Positions 9,663 through 18,170 of a stretch of 32,000 nucleotides of DNA are shown piece by piece; position 1 is the first letter of the stretch; each line of letters begins with the position of its first letter. The stretch is from Paramicrosporidium saccamoebae KSL3 (Eukaryota; Fungi; Cryptomycota): the NCBI GenBank assembly GCA_002794465.1, contig MTSL01000063.1, positions 1 to 32,000 on the forward strand, given 5' to 3'. A model generated the notes under the pieces. It was not told the origin of the DNA and did not search any database. It was given only the letters and a program-made list of their open reading frames with translations. The position numbers and the translations under genes were made by a program.

Positions 9663-10103
9663 ATGCCGAAGGCTCTAAACCAGGTTAAGATTGTGAAGAA
9701 GCGCACGAAGAAGTTTGTTCGCTTTGAGAGCGACGAGTTCAAGACTGTCAAGGTATTTGCGTCTTTTCACTGTGTATCTAATCTTGCGTAGCCCAGCTGG
9801 CGCAAGCCCCGTGGTATTGACAATCGCGTCCGCCGTCGTTTCAAGGGAAACAAGGCCATGCCCGGCATTGGTTTCGGTTCCAACGCAGCTACTCGTCACA
9901 TGATGCCCAACGGATTCCGCAAGATTGTTATCAACAACGCTGAGGAACTCGAGATGCTTCTCCTCCAGAACCGCATCTTTGCTGCTGAGGTTGCCCACAA
10001 CGTCAGTGCCCGCAAGCGTCTGGCCATCGTCCAGCGTGCCAAGGAGCTCGATATTAAGCTGACCAACCCTCATGCCCGCCTTGTTGTTGCCGAGAATGCT
10101 TAA
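9663..10103 (+). CDS. RPL32: 60S ribosomal protein eL32
   Basis: Exons 9663-9752 and 9792-10103. Motifs [33 protein letters not shown] and [13 protein letters not shown] predicted 100-nt 5'-UTR intron (aag|gtaagt...tatag|ATG) precedes it. Confidence 0.98.
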
Positions 10104-10251
10104 ATGTTCATGAGCGATCATACAATAAAGTAAAGTCCTTGTTTCTAAGCACAATGGTTCGAAAACATAAGAAACGCATTATTTTTTGAAACTGAGATCT
10201 GCCAACGCGGGCTATTTTGAATCATTATTGATTTCCGCTTTTGTCGACGAT

Positions 10252-12185
10252 ATGAGAGGTAGAAATGGATTCGTGCCCCTTGCTTCCAGTGTGCTATCGA
10301 GCGAGCCCGACATGGACTTGCCGCGCAGGCAATTCTCATCAATCTCATCCAATGTGACTACAGCCGTACGTTCCAGGACAAACCTCGGCCCTTCCAGCCG
10401 ATTTTCATTTGACAATGGACCCTCCAAACGTCAAAAGACTATAAATTTTAGCATCGGCAATGAAAACTTACATCCTGACTCGCAGCTTGAACGCCTCCTC
10501 CTACAGCCCGTCACACAAAAGGCGCCATCACTGATATCGTTTGAGGAACTTGAAAGCTTGTTAAGTCAGCCCAACATTCCAGAATTAGAGGGAAGCTTTG
10601 GGTCTTATACATCATCCGATACTGAGGGGACCTGCAATGAAAAGAATGCTTGGCTCGCAAATTGTTCGTCGGTTGATACGGACCCATTTTTTGGAGCTCC
10701 GCATTTTTCCCAGCCCAAACTAGAAACACCAAAGCCATCTTTGAAGAATCGTCTAGTTTCCGTTCAAGAGCTGGCCTGTCCATCAAATCAAACACCCGAT
10801 TCGTTGAAAATCAAAGGTTGCTAAATCGTCTCCCTAACAATATAGTCATATCAAAGCCCAACCCGATAACTCCAAATTTCTCCAAAAAGATTGCCGCCAA
10901 GGCCGTCGAGTCTAAAGATCGAGCAAAGGAGGAAAGGCGCGAATACAATCATTTCCTAAAAAAGCTCTGTGCTGATGGTAGCTTGCTTAGAATGTGTCTC
11001 AACCATATAGAAATCCTAGATGAAAACGAAGACGATGATGATGTTTTTGACTTGCTAGCAGTCAGTGGGGATAGTGATGATGCAATGAACGAAAGGGCGT
11101 CTGACCTGCCAAAGTCGATTCCTCTAAAAGAACTCTTTGAACTCTTTGCAGACTGTGATCCCACAGTCAACGCGGGAGAAGAGGCTCTGCCGTTGGATGC
11201 ACCCGCAGTGTTCGACGATGATTTCCGGATGACTCTCGAACGCCACCTGAATGTTCACTTTCAGCTTCTTGTGCAGAGTTTGGCGTTGGCAGGGGAAGTT
11301 AAGGATGCGGACCAAATTTGGGTTACTGTGCTAAAGCTGATGGTATAGTGTTCTACAGTCTGTCTTGACCCTCTTTAGATTCGACTCAATGACCACATTT
11401 GCGATAATGCCTTTGGTTTAAAGTTTAACGGCAGCCAAGGCCTAGCTTTATTACTGAGAATTCTCAAACAAAGCCCTCTACATGAGGCGCTCTTGTCACA
11501 AATTGGAAGAATTTCAAACGATCCAGACTTGCGACTTCGAGCGTCTGTAAAGTCGATTCCGTTCAGACCAAAGTGGAAAGAGGGAAAGGCACCCGTGTTC
11601 TCTAAATCCTTTTGGCATATTCTTTCTATTTTTGGAGATCCGTATGACCCCGCTGTGGCCTTGATTCCTAAAAATGCCGGTATTACACTCAGTCTTAGTA
11701 ACCGCCGTTTAGAAATGAATCTTTTGGATCATCAGGTGGTGATATCGGAGCCGACACATCTGCATGGACGTCGTATGGACAGCTTCCTACCAGTAGAGGA
11801 TCGTCTACTGCTCTTGGGACTCTGTCGATTTGGGTTGGGAAATTGGGAAAAGATACAATCGTATATGCTTCCTACAAGGACGGCAAAGCAACTCTACAAC
11901 AGATACAAGAACTTGACGAGTCGCTGTGCTCCCGTGAACCCCATTAAAGACTTTCTCACAGAGGCTATGAAGCCCCTTAGTAGGGCTGAGGAAGAATTAC
12001 TACTACAAGGAACAAGGACTTATGGTGACGACTGGGTCAGTATTAGTCGACGGTTTCTACCGCACCGTCCACCCTCCGTCCTGAGAAGGCTTGAATTAAA
12101 ACGGCGACCCATAAAGTCCAAGGCAATCCTCGATCTTGATTTTCCCACAGAAGATGAGGATGACAGCGACTATCGGGAAACTTGA
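10252..12185 (+). CDS. GON4L-like Myb/SANT-domain nuclear protein, about 620 aa
   Basis: Exons 10252-10816, 10846-11342 and 11379-12185 (29- and 36-nt introns, in frame). Motifs EYNHFL, HFQLLVQS, EDRLLLLGLCRFG.GNWEKIQSYMLPTRTAKQLYNRYKNLTSRCAPVNPIK and a second Myb-like repeat (EEELLLQG...DWVSISRRFLPHR). Start is uncertain (10252 or 10312). Confidence 0.7.
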
Positions 12186-12269
12186 TTAGAGATAGAATTA
12201 TGTAATATAATCTTAAAGGTAGCTGCAGTCCCATTGCCCCCAATCCAATCTAGCACTGCATGAGAAGCT

Positions 12270-12277
12270 GACCAATC
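12270..12277 (+). promoter_or_regulatory. CCAAT box (GACCAATC) upstream of the V-ATPase a gene
   Basis: The same 8-mer occurs at 17055-17062 (minus) and 17967-17974, each in a promoter-side spacer. It matches the NF-Y/HAP consensus RRCCAATC. Confidence 0.5.
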
Positions 12278-12430
12278 AAGTGCGAGGAAGGGTTTTTATC
12301 CCCGTTGCCGGGAGGTGCCGGGTGGCTCTTTGCAACACTGCAGTGGTGTTTATTGTGGACAGAAGTCGACCCCCAAAGGTCCTGCTGCAAACGCTATCAA
12401 GCCTGCACTAATTGACGAAAGTAGAGTCCC

Positions 12431-14974
12431 ATGGCTAGTAATATCCCATCAGAGATACCGCCCCTTTCGCGTGACGGTTCGCGCCAGAGCTTCTTTCGCT
12501 CTGCGCAAATGTCGTTGATTCAGCTTTATATTCCCACAGAGGCGGTGCAAGCTGTCGTTGCTGAACTTGGCGAGCTGAGTCTCGTTCAGTTCCGCGACTT
12601 GAATCCTGATATCACAGCCTTCCAGCGTACCTTCACTTCAGGAATACGCAAGCTTGACGAGATGGAACGCAAAATTCTTGTCCTCCTGGAGCAAGCCAAC
12701 AAGGAGCAAGTTGAGGTTCGCTCTTGGCTGTCCACGGGACCGTCGCAGAATGGAAGTTTGGTGGCCCTACGAGGAAGGACTCTACAGGAAATTGATGAGC
12801 TAGAGTCTGGACTGGGTGAGACCGAGTCACGAATTCTCCAACTGGACAAGAACCAAACTGAACTTCAAACACGCTACTTGCACATGCTCGAGTGGCATGG
12901 AGTGATTTCTGCGCTTTCGGGTTACATGGCAACTCCCTCGGGGCCTTTTAAGAGGAACCCAACATTCAACGATTCTGACGAGACTGACAGCTCCGAGACT
13001 GCCCGCTTAGACGACAAGGACACAGAGTCGATGGAGCTTGGAGGAAGTGGCGCGGCGCAAGCTGCGGATGAAGCCAACTTTGTTGCTGGCGCCATTTTGA
13101 AGAGGAAAATGGCAGCATTTGAGCGTGTCCTTGGTCGTGCTTTGCGTGGAAATGTATACATTAAAAATGCCGACTGCGTCTTGGATCCGCGCGGTCTTGT
13201 CTCTGACGAAGACTTGCTGCAGCCAAAATCGGCCTTTGTGGCCTATGTTCACGGGAGAGAGACTTTGTCGCGACTTCGGAAGATTTGTGAAGCCTTAGGA
13301 TGCACTCTCTATAATATTGATCCCTTGGCGGAACGTCGCAATGAGCAAGCCAATGAACTCGTGGCCAAGTTGAATGACATGTACGCTGTGCTATTCAACA
13401 CTCGTCAGGCCAAACGTGCTGCTTTGGGCAAGGTCAGCGAGTCGCTTGAGAGGTGGTTGCTTTTGGTGAGAAAGAAGAAGGCTCTCCTTGACACTATGAA
13501 TTGCTTCAGCTGTGACAGTGATGTTGCCACTCGCAAGTATTATGTTGCCGAAGGTTGGTGTCCAACAGACAGCCTTGGAACGCTAGATGCTAGCATCAAG
13601 ACTGCCAGCGAACGGGCTGGAATTAGTGTTGCACCGGTTCTAAATGTTTTGGAGTCGGGAAGCCGCACTCCGCCAACCCATTTCCCCACCAATCGCTTCA
13701 CTCTTCTCTTCCAAGACATGACCGAGTCCTATGGGATACCTAGATACGGCGAGGCAAATCCTAGTCTTTTCATGATTATCACCTTCCCGTTCTTGTTTGC
13801 CGTAATGTTTGGTGATATTGGACATGGACTCATCATGGCCCTGTTTGGCGCATGGATGGTGTTGTCTGAACGCCGTCTGCAGGCGCAACGTCTTGGGGAT
13901 ATCTTTGAGATGATTTTTGCGGGTCGTTATGTTATTATGTTGATGGGAATCTTTTCCGTCTTCACTGGATTAATCTACAATGACTTTTTGTCGCGCTCAC
14001 TCCCCCTATTTAAGTCTGCATGGATTTTTGTTGATGGAGAAGGAAAGCGTCCCAATCCAAATTACGTCTATCCGTTCGGAATTGATTGGGCGTGGTCATT
14101 GTCGAGCAATGCAACGGCTTTTATAAACTCGTACAAAATGAAGCTCTCCATCACACTCGGAGTTATTCAGATGATTTTTGGTGTGTTTGTCTGTGCTGCT
14201 AATCGAGTTTATTCCAATGACTGGCTTGACATTTATTGCACCATTATTCCTCAACTGATTTTCATGTTCAGTATTCTTGGTTATCTGGTGTTCATGATTA
14301 TCTACAAGTGGATCGCTGGCTGGGATCATTCCATTCTTAATATGCTCATCTCTTTAATGCTGAGTCTCGGAGCTGTTGACGGCACTCCCATTTATCCTGG
14401 ACAAGCCCTCGTGCAAAGGTCTCTTTTGGGAATTGCATTTCTGTGTGTGCCTTGGATGTTTGCCGCTAAGCCAGTGTACCTGATGATCCAGCAAAAGAAG
14501 CATCGCGAAGGCTATCATCACGCCCCAGAGAATTCTGATTCGACCGGAGCTGAATCGATCTCAAGCACCACCCGCAAGGCTGCTGCTGAAGAGGAGGGAC
14601 ACGGGAACATGGAGCTTTGGGTTCACCAGGCCATCCATACGATCGAGTTTGTTCTCGGTGCTATCAGTAATACTGCTTCCTATCTACGTCTCTGGGCGCT
14701 TTCGCTAGCCCATTCTGAACTATCCGATGTTCTGTGGCACATGACCATTGAAGCTAATTTGCAAAGCGCTGTGCTTCTCATAGTCTTTTTCCCTATTTGG
14801 TTTGTTTCTACCATCGGAATTCTTGTTGTCCTTGAAGGTCTGTCAGCATTCCTCCATGCGCTTCGTCTTCATTGGGTTGAATTCAACAGCAAATTCTATG
14901 TAGGCGATGGAATCAAATTCGAGCCCTTCTCACTTCGTAATGACAACTTGTTCTTGGCACTCGAGCCTCAGTAA
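12431..14974 (+). CDS. VPH1: V-type proton ATPase subunit a (Vph1/Stv1)
   Basis: Intronless 847-aa ORF with FRSAQMSLIQLYIP, QFRDLNP..TAFQRTF, PPTHF.TNRFT..FQ, TFPFLFAVMFGD.GHG, NSYKMKLSI, ISNTASYLRLWALSLAH and LHALRLHWVEF.SKFY.G.G. Confidence 0.98.
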   Translation: MASNIPSEIPPLSRDGSRQSFFRSAQMSLIQLYIPTEAVQAVVAELGELSLVQFRDLNPDITAFQRTFTSGIRKLDEMERKILVLLEQANKEQVEVRSWLSTGPSQNGSLVALRGRTLQEIDELESGLGETESRILQLDKNQTELQTRYLHMLEWHGVISALSGYMATPSGPFKRNPTFNDSDETDSSETARLDDKDTESMELGGSGAAQAADEANFVAGAILKRKMAAFERVLGRALRGNVYIKNADCVLDPRGLVSDEDLLQPKSAFVAYVHGRETLSRLRKICEALGCTLYNIDPLAERRNEQANELVAKLNDMYAVLFNTRQAKRAALGKVSESLERWLLLVRKKKALLDTMNCFSCDSDVATRKYYVAEGWCPTDSLGTLDASIKTASERAGISVAPVLNVLESGSRTPPTHFPTNRFTLLFQDMTESYGIPRYGEANPSLFMIITFPFLFAVMFGDIGHGLIMALFGAWMVLSERRLQAQRLGDIFEMIFAGRYVIMLMGIFSVFTGLIYNDFLSRSLPLFKSAWIFVDGEGKRPNPNYVYPFGIDWAWSLSSNATAFINSYKMKLSITLGVIQMIFGVFVCAANRVYSNDWLDIYCTIIPQLIFMFSILGYLVFMIIYKWIAGWDHSILNMLISLMLSLGAVDGTPIYPGQALVQRSLLGIAFLCVPWMFAAKPVYLMIQQKKHREGYHHAPENSDSTGAESISSTTRKAAAEEEGHGNMELWVHQAIHTIEFVLGAISNTASYLRLWALSLAHSELSDVLWHMTIEANLQSAVLLIVFFPIWFVSTIGILVVLEGLSAFLHALRLHWVEFNSKFYVGDGIKFEPFSLRNDNLFLALEPQ

Positions 14975-15029
14975 TCACAAGGAAATAAAATAGAGATATT
15001 CGAAAGTCTTCAGATCTAATTTCCAGTAC

Positions 15030-15209
15030 ATTTTATCAAGTCTCAATATTTTCCGTCAAGTCCCAGTATCTCCTATAGAATCCCACTATTTTCTGCCAAA
15101 TCCCAGCATTTTCTATCAAGTCTCAATATTCTCTATCAAATCCCAACATTTTCTATCAAATCCTAATATTTTCTCTATCAAGTCTCAATATTTTCTATCA
15201 AGCCCCAAT
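15030..15209. repeat. Minisatellite, 9 units of about 20 bp (consensus attttctatcaagtcycaat), overlapping the cyclin stop codon
   Basis: Units start at 15030, 15048, 15068, 15088, 15108, 15128, 15148, 15168 and 15190 and are directly contiguous, with no spacers. Confidence 0.92.
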
Positions 15210-15954
15210 ACTTGCTCTGCTGCGGTTGGGTCACCTGAAGTCGCCAATCGAGCAACACTACTAGCTCTAATTCAAGTGCATTCAACTCAGAGGTGGAGAT
15301 TCCACCGACTTTGGCATAAAATGAATTTGAATAGTAATGGTCTCCTAGAGCCTTGCTGGCGACACAAAGGCTAGCCATGACGAATCTGTGAATCGTATAT
15401 ACATCTATGATGAGCAGTGTTTTGACGTTGCTGCTCGTGCTAGGGAAATCATCCTCCGAAACTGGATCCACCACATGAGCATACTGTAAGACGGCTAAAA
15501 GCATCACAGGCTCCAGTGCAACCACGTAATTGCATATTCGAGTCATATAATCCAGAATGGATATGGCAGGAATATTTTTTCTTCGAAATCTCGATTTCCC
15601 CTTAAGCTCCTCGTGTTCGTCTTGATACGTCCGGAGTCTGTGGACAAAGACATCTTGGATGTACTTTGTAAATTTATCTACCATTGTCGCAACGCGTCCA
15701 ACGAGTAATATTGGGTACGGTGGATGCTGTAATGGGCAGCTGCGACGCCATTCGGAGTCGGCAATGTATCCGCCATTCACAGTTAAATCTTTGGTTTTTA
15801 AGCGTCTGGCTTGTGGGCTGTCAGGCTCGCTCGGTCGTTTTACACCCAGGGATGAAGAGCTGAGAGCAGGTGAGCTGGTGGCGGATGCTCGCCCCAAACC
15901 CTCAAATGGGTCTTTGGGCATTACGCGCGCAACGTGCGGGTCGAAAACCCACAA
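15178..15954 (-). CDS. Pho80/Pcl-family cyclin
   Basis: IPAISILDYMTRI, IHRFVMASLCVASKALGDHYYSNSFYAKVGGISTSELNALELE and LDWRLQV match the Pho80-type cyclin box. The start may be the ATG at 15921 (MPKDP). Confidence 0.9.
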   Translation of the reverse strand: MWVFDPHVARVMPKDPFEGLGRASATSSPALSSSSLGVKRPSEPDSPQARRLKTKDLTVNGGYIADSEWRRSCPLQHPPYPILLVGRVATMVDKFTKYIQDVFVHRLRTYQDEHEELKGKSRFRRKNIPAISILDYMTRICNYVVALEPVMLLAVLQYAHVVDPVSEDDFPSTSSNVKTLLIIDVYTIHRFVMASLCVASKALGDHYYSNSFYAKVGGISTSELNALELELVVLLDWRLQVTQPQQSKYWGLIENIET

Positions 15955-15972
15955 TTATTTATTTATTGATTT

Positions 15973-17039
15973 TCACTCTTGGGATGGCATTGGCGTTGCC
16001 TGTTCGCGGAGATGCTTTGCAAGACTTTCGTGATCTAGCCCAAAAAATGTCTCTGGAAAAGGAAAGTCGGAATTAAGCTTCTCTATCAAGTCACTGCGAA
16101 ATCGATCTCGGAAACGAGCCCAAAGACTAGAGAGGTCGCTATCCGATTCTAGAAGCTGGACGGTTTCGGAAGTCTGTACATCAGATTCTCCCTCATCTAC
16201 GCTAGCTGCTGGGTTACCTTCCACAGAAATTTCAAACTAACCATTAGAGCATCAGAAGAGCATGTTACCAAAGGATTCTGGTCCCTTTTCTTAATGAGAC
16301 AATGATAAAATACTCTTTTGGGACGTTCTAGAGACGCCTCAGTGTCAAATGCAAAATACTTGTGCTTGCTGTGGAATCCAACGGGATAAAGATAAGATTT
16401 CTGTCGAAAATTTGGTCCGTCCTCCACTTCACCAACATTTAAGAGGATTGTGCGGTAAACCCCTCGACCCAAAATTACCGGATACTCAATCTGCCCATCA
16501 TCCCTTACAGGAAGATGCCTGTAGTTACGTCGTGGTTTGGCTGCAGATTTCCGTTCGGGAGAAAGACTGCGGCGTCTCTGCATCGAATTTGCCTGTACCA
16601 TCTGCTGACACCTTTCCTTCAATTCTCTGACGACCAGTTCCTCGTGGAGATTCTGGGCCTCCTCCTCGTCGTCGTCAGAGGCGTCAAGCCAAGTATACTC
16701 GTGTTCAGATAGCCTAAGTGTGTCATACTCAATATACGAATATCCTACGATTCCAAATCGGATAATAGGCTGTCTTCAGGGCACATTTCAGATAGAAAAT
16801 CCAGAATACGGCTACCAAATGAATTGTACGTCAAAATCACATACTGGATTTCTTTCTGCAAAATTCGGCCTTCGCGATTACTAGTCTCAATAGCAGATAA
16901 AAGCCGGCATTTCTCCTAAATACCGTAAAAACCATGTAATACTTGGTGGTACCATGCATAGCTGCGAAAAGTGGTGCTGCAGCGCCAACTCCTCCTCAGA
17001 AGCTGCCGTGCTATAAGAATGGCCATAGACAGGCAGCAT
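15973..17039 (-). CDS. TBRG1-like protein with coiled coil, FYRN and FYRC domains, about 309 aa
   Basis: Exons 17039-16953, 16915-16845, 16811-16749, 16713-16269 and 16236-15973 (930 nt, in frame). FYRN-like YPVILG...LLNVGEV...NF..KSYLYPVGFHS..KY and FYRC-like WARF...ETFFGLDHESLAKHL. Confidence 0.8.
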
Positions 17040-17054
17040 TTGTGCGTCGATTTC

Positions 17055-17062
17055 GATTGGTC
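17055..17062 (-). promoter_or_regulatory. CCAAT box in the 75-bp bidirectional TBRG1-like/SERF spacer
   Basis: gattggtc is the reverse complement of GACCAATC. Confidence 0.5.
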
Positions 17063-17114
17063 AATAAATATTAAATATCCGTTTAATTCTTGATTCCTTG
17101 CTCCTCCACCAAAA

Positions 17115-17353
17115 ATGACTCGCGGAAATCAAAGAGAAATGGACCGCGCTAAAAATGCCAAGAAGCAAGCCGGCCAAAAAAAGGAGCGGGACACTCCCGA
17201 GGGTTCGTCGGTTCAAAATGTCAAGTTACAGTATGCAAGATATATTTTCCATGGTCTTAACCTGTTAGCGATGCTGAAATAATGAGGAGGAAGCAAGTAG
17301 AAGCAGAGGCCCGCAAGGCGTCAGCACCCTCCACCGCCAAAGACAAAAAGTGA
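17115..17353 (+). CDS. SERF: SERF/4F5 small EDRK-rich factor (missed by the ORF track)
   Basis: Exons 17115-17230 and 17269-17353 (38-nt intron) give MTRGNQREMDRAKNAKKQ...HDAEIMRRKQ. AATAAA follows at 17361. Confidence 0.9.
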
Positions 17354-17380
17354 GGTTTGCAATAAAGTGTTTTTATCAAG

Positions 17381-17435
17381 CGCCGTGTCAACCATTCAAC
17401 TTCCATTGGGCTTTGATTGAATAGCATCATAGGCG
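17381..17435 (-). promoter_or_regulatory. Eukaryotic SECIS element in the SELENOH 3' UTR
   Basis: Minus strand reads cgcc t ATGA tgctattcaatc AAA gcccaatggaa gttgaatggt TGAC ac ggcg. It fits ATGA-N12-AA-N23-GA. Helix II has 10 bp (gctattcaat/gttgaatggt, with G-U pairs) and helix I is cgcc/ggcg. It starts 25 nt after the TAG stop. Confidence 0.9.
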
Positions 17436-17460
17436 TTCTAATAATACGTAAAACGACGTG

Positions 17461-17935
17461 CTATTTCGTCGATAGCCTCTCTCGTAGAGATTTGAGGATC
17501 GTCTCGGAATCAGGGAACTTGAGTCGGCGAGGAGGTCCCAATTTTAAACCAGTCCACAATAGCACTGACTCGTCTACCTGGTGAGAAGCGGAACCCAATA
17601 AATACTTGCACTGGACTCTAAGACAATCTCAAAGCTGCCGCGGCGAGGAGTTGAGAGGTTAGTTTGTACACCAATGTCTGGAAACTCTGCCTTGACTGCG
17701 TCCTCGATTCGAGAGGCATTTCGACGAAATACTTGTCATGATTTACTACGACGTGAGTGAGCAACGCGATCCTACCAATGTTCAATTGCAAGACGAGGAT
17801 AGGACTCGAGAGTATCTTGAACCTTTTCCTGCCTGCTGACTTTTGCTGTAGCAGCGGGACTCTTATCGTCGGGAGCTTTACGCTTTCTAATGATATGATT
17901 AGAAGCAGTAACTACTGTTTAAACCTCGCCGGCAT
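17461..17935 (-). CDS. SELENOH: Selenoprotein H (Rdx/thioredoxin-like fold, CxxU), in-frame TGA = Sec at 17738-17736
   Basis: Exons 17935-17916, 17886-17776, 17745-17606 and 17573-17461 (introns 29, 30, 32 nt; 384 nt). Protein: MPARFKQKRKAPDDKSPAATAKVSRQEKVQDTLESYPRLAIEHCKSUQVFRRNASRIEDAVKAEFPDIGVQTNLSTPRRGSFEIVLESSANESVLLWTGLKLGPPRRLKFPDSETILKSLRERLSTK. It carries the SelH signatures IEHC..U, PRRGSFE and LWTG.K.GPPR.LKFP, and has a downstream SECIS. Confidence 0.93.
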
Positions 17936-17966
17936 TCCGTGTGAAAGCTATTTGCTGTCCGCGATA

Positions 17967-17974
17967 GACCAATC
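17967..17974 (+). promoter_or_regulatory. CCAAT box about 30 bp upstream of the SELENOH ATG
   Basis: GACCAATC exact match. Confidence 0.5.
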
Positions 17975-18170
17975 CGCTACGTCTGGGTTCAGCAATCCTA
18001 GTCAAAGTACTTATATCCTAACAGGATGTGACGCAATTGATTACAGCCAAGAAAATAACAAATAAGCCAGCCCTCCTCATTAAGAGCTTCGACAAGCTGG
18101 GTGTTGAGGCATCATGTCACAGTCGCTGCCAATATGCAGTTTAGTATAAGGATGAGTGTATTAAAGTCCC

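Noticed and set aside
9675-10154. 159-aa minus-strand ORF
   Set aside because: Antisense shadow of RPL32, a typical result of strong codon bias.
15030-15209. CRISPR-like array
   Set aside because: The units are contiguous and degenerate with no unique spacers, the context is eukaryotic, and there are no cas genes. It is a minisatellite.
17736-17738. Reading the SelH TGA as a nonsense mutation (pseudogene) or as a global TGA reassignment
   Set aside because: The TGA falls exactly at the Sec position of CxxU, the downstream frame and splice sites are intact, and a SECIS is present. TGA ends SERF, the cyclin, GON4L-like and NDUFS5 normally, and Trp is encoded by TGG. A read-level check is still needed.
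17757-18065. Plus-strand 102-aa ORF in the track
   Set aside because: It is antisense to SELENOH exons 1-2 and its promoter and has no recognisable motifs.
17936-18170. Possible tRNA-Sec or other Sec-machinery RNA next to SELENOH
   Set aside because: Only small hairpins (agctt-cgac-aagct) are present. There is no cloverleaf, TCA anticodon arm or T-loop. No Sec machinery gene was seen anywhere in this window.
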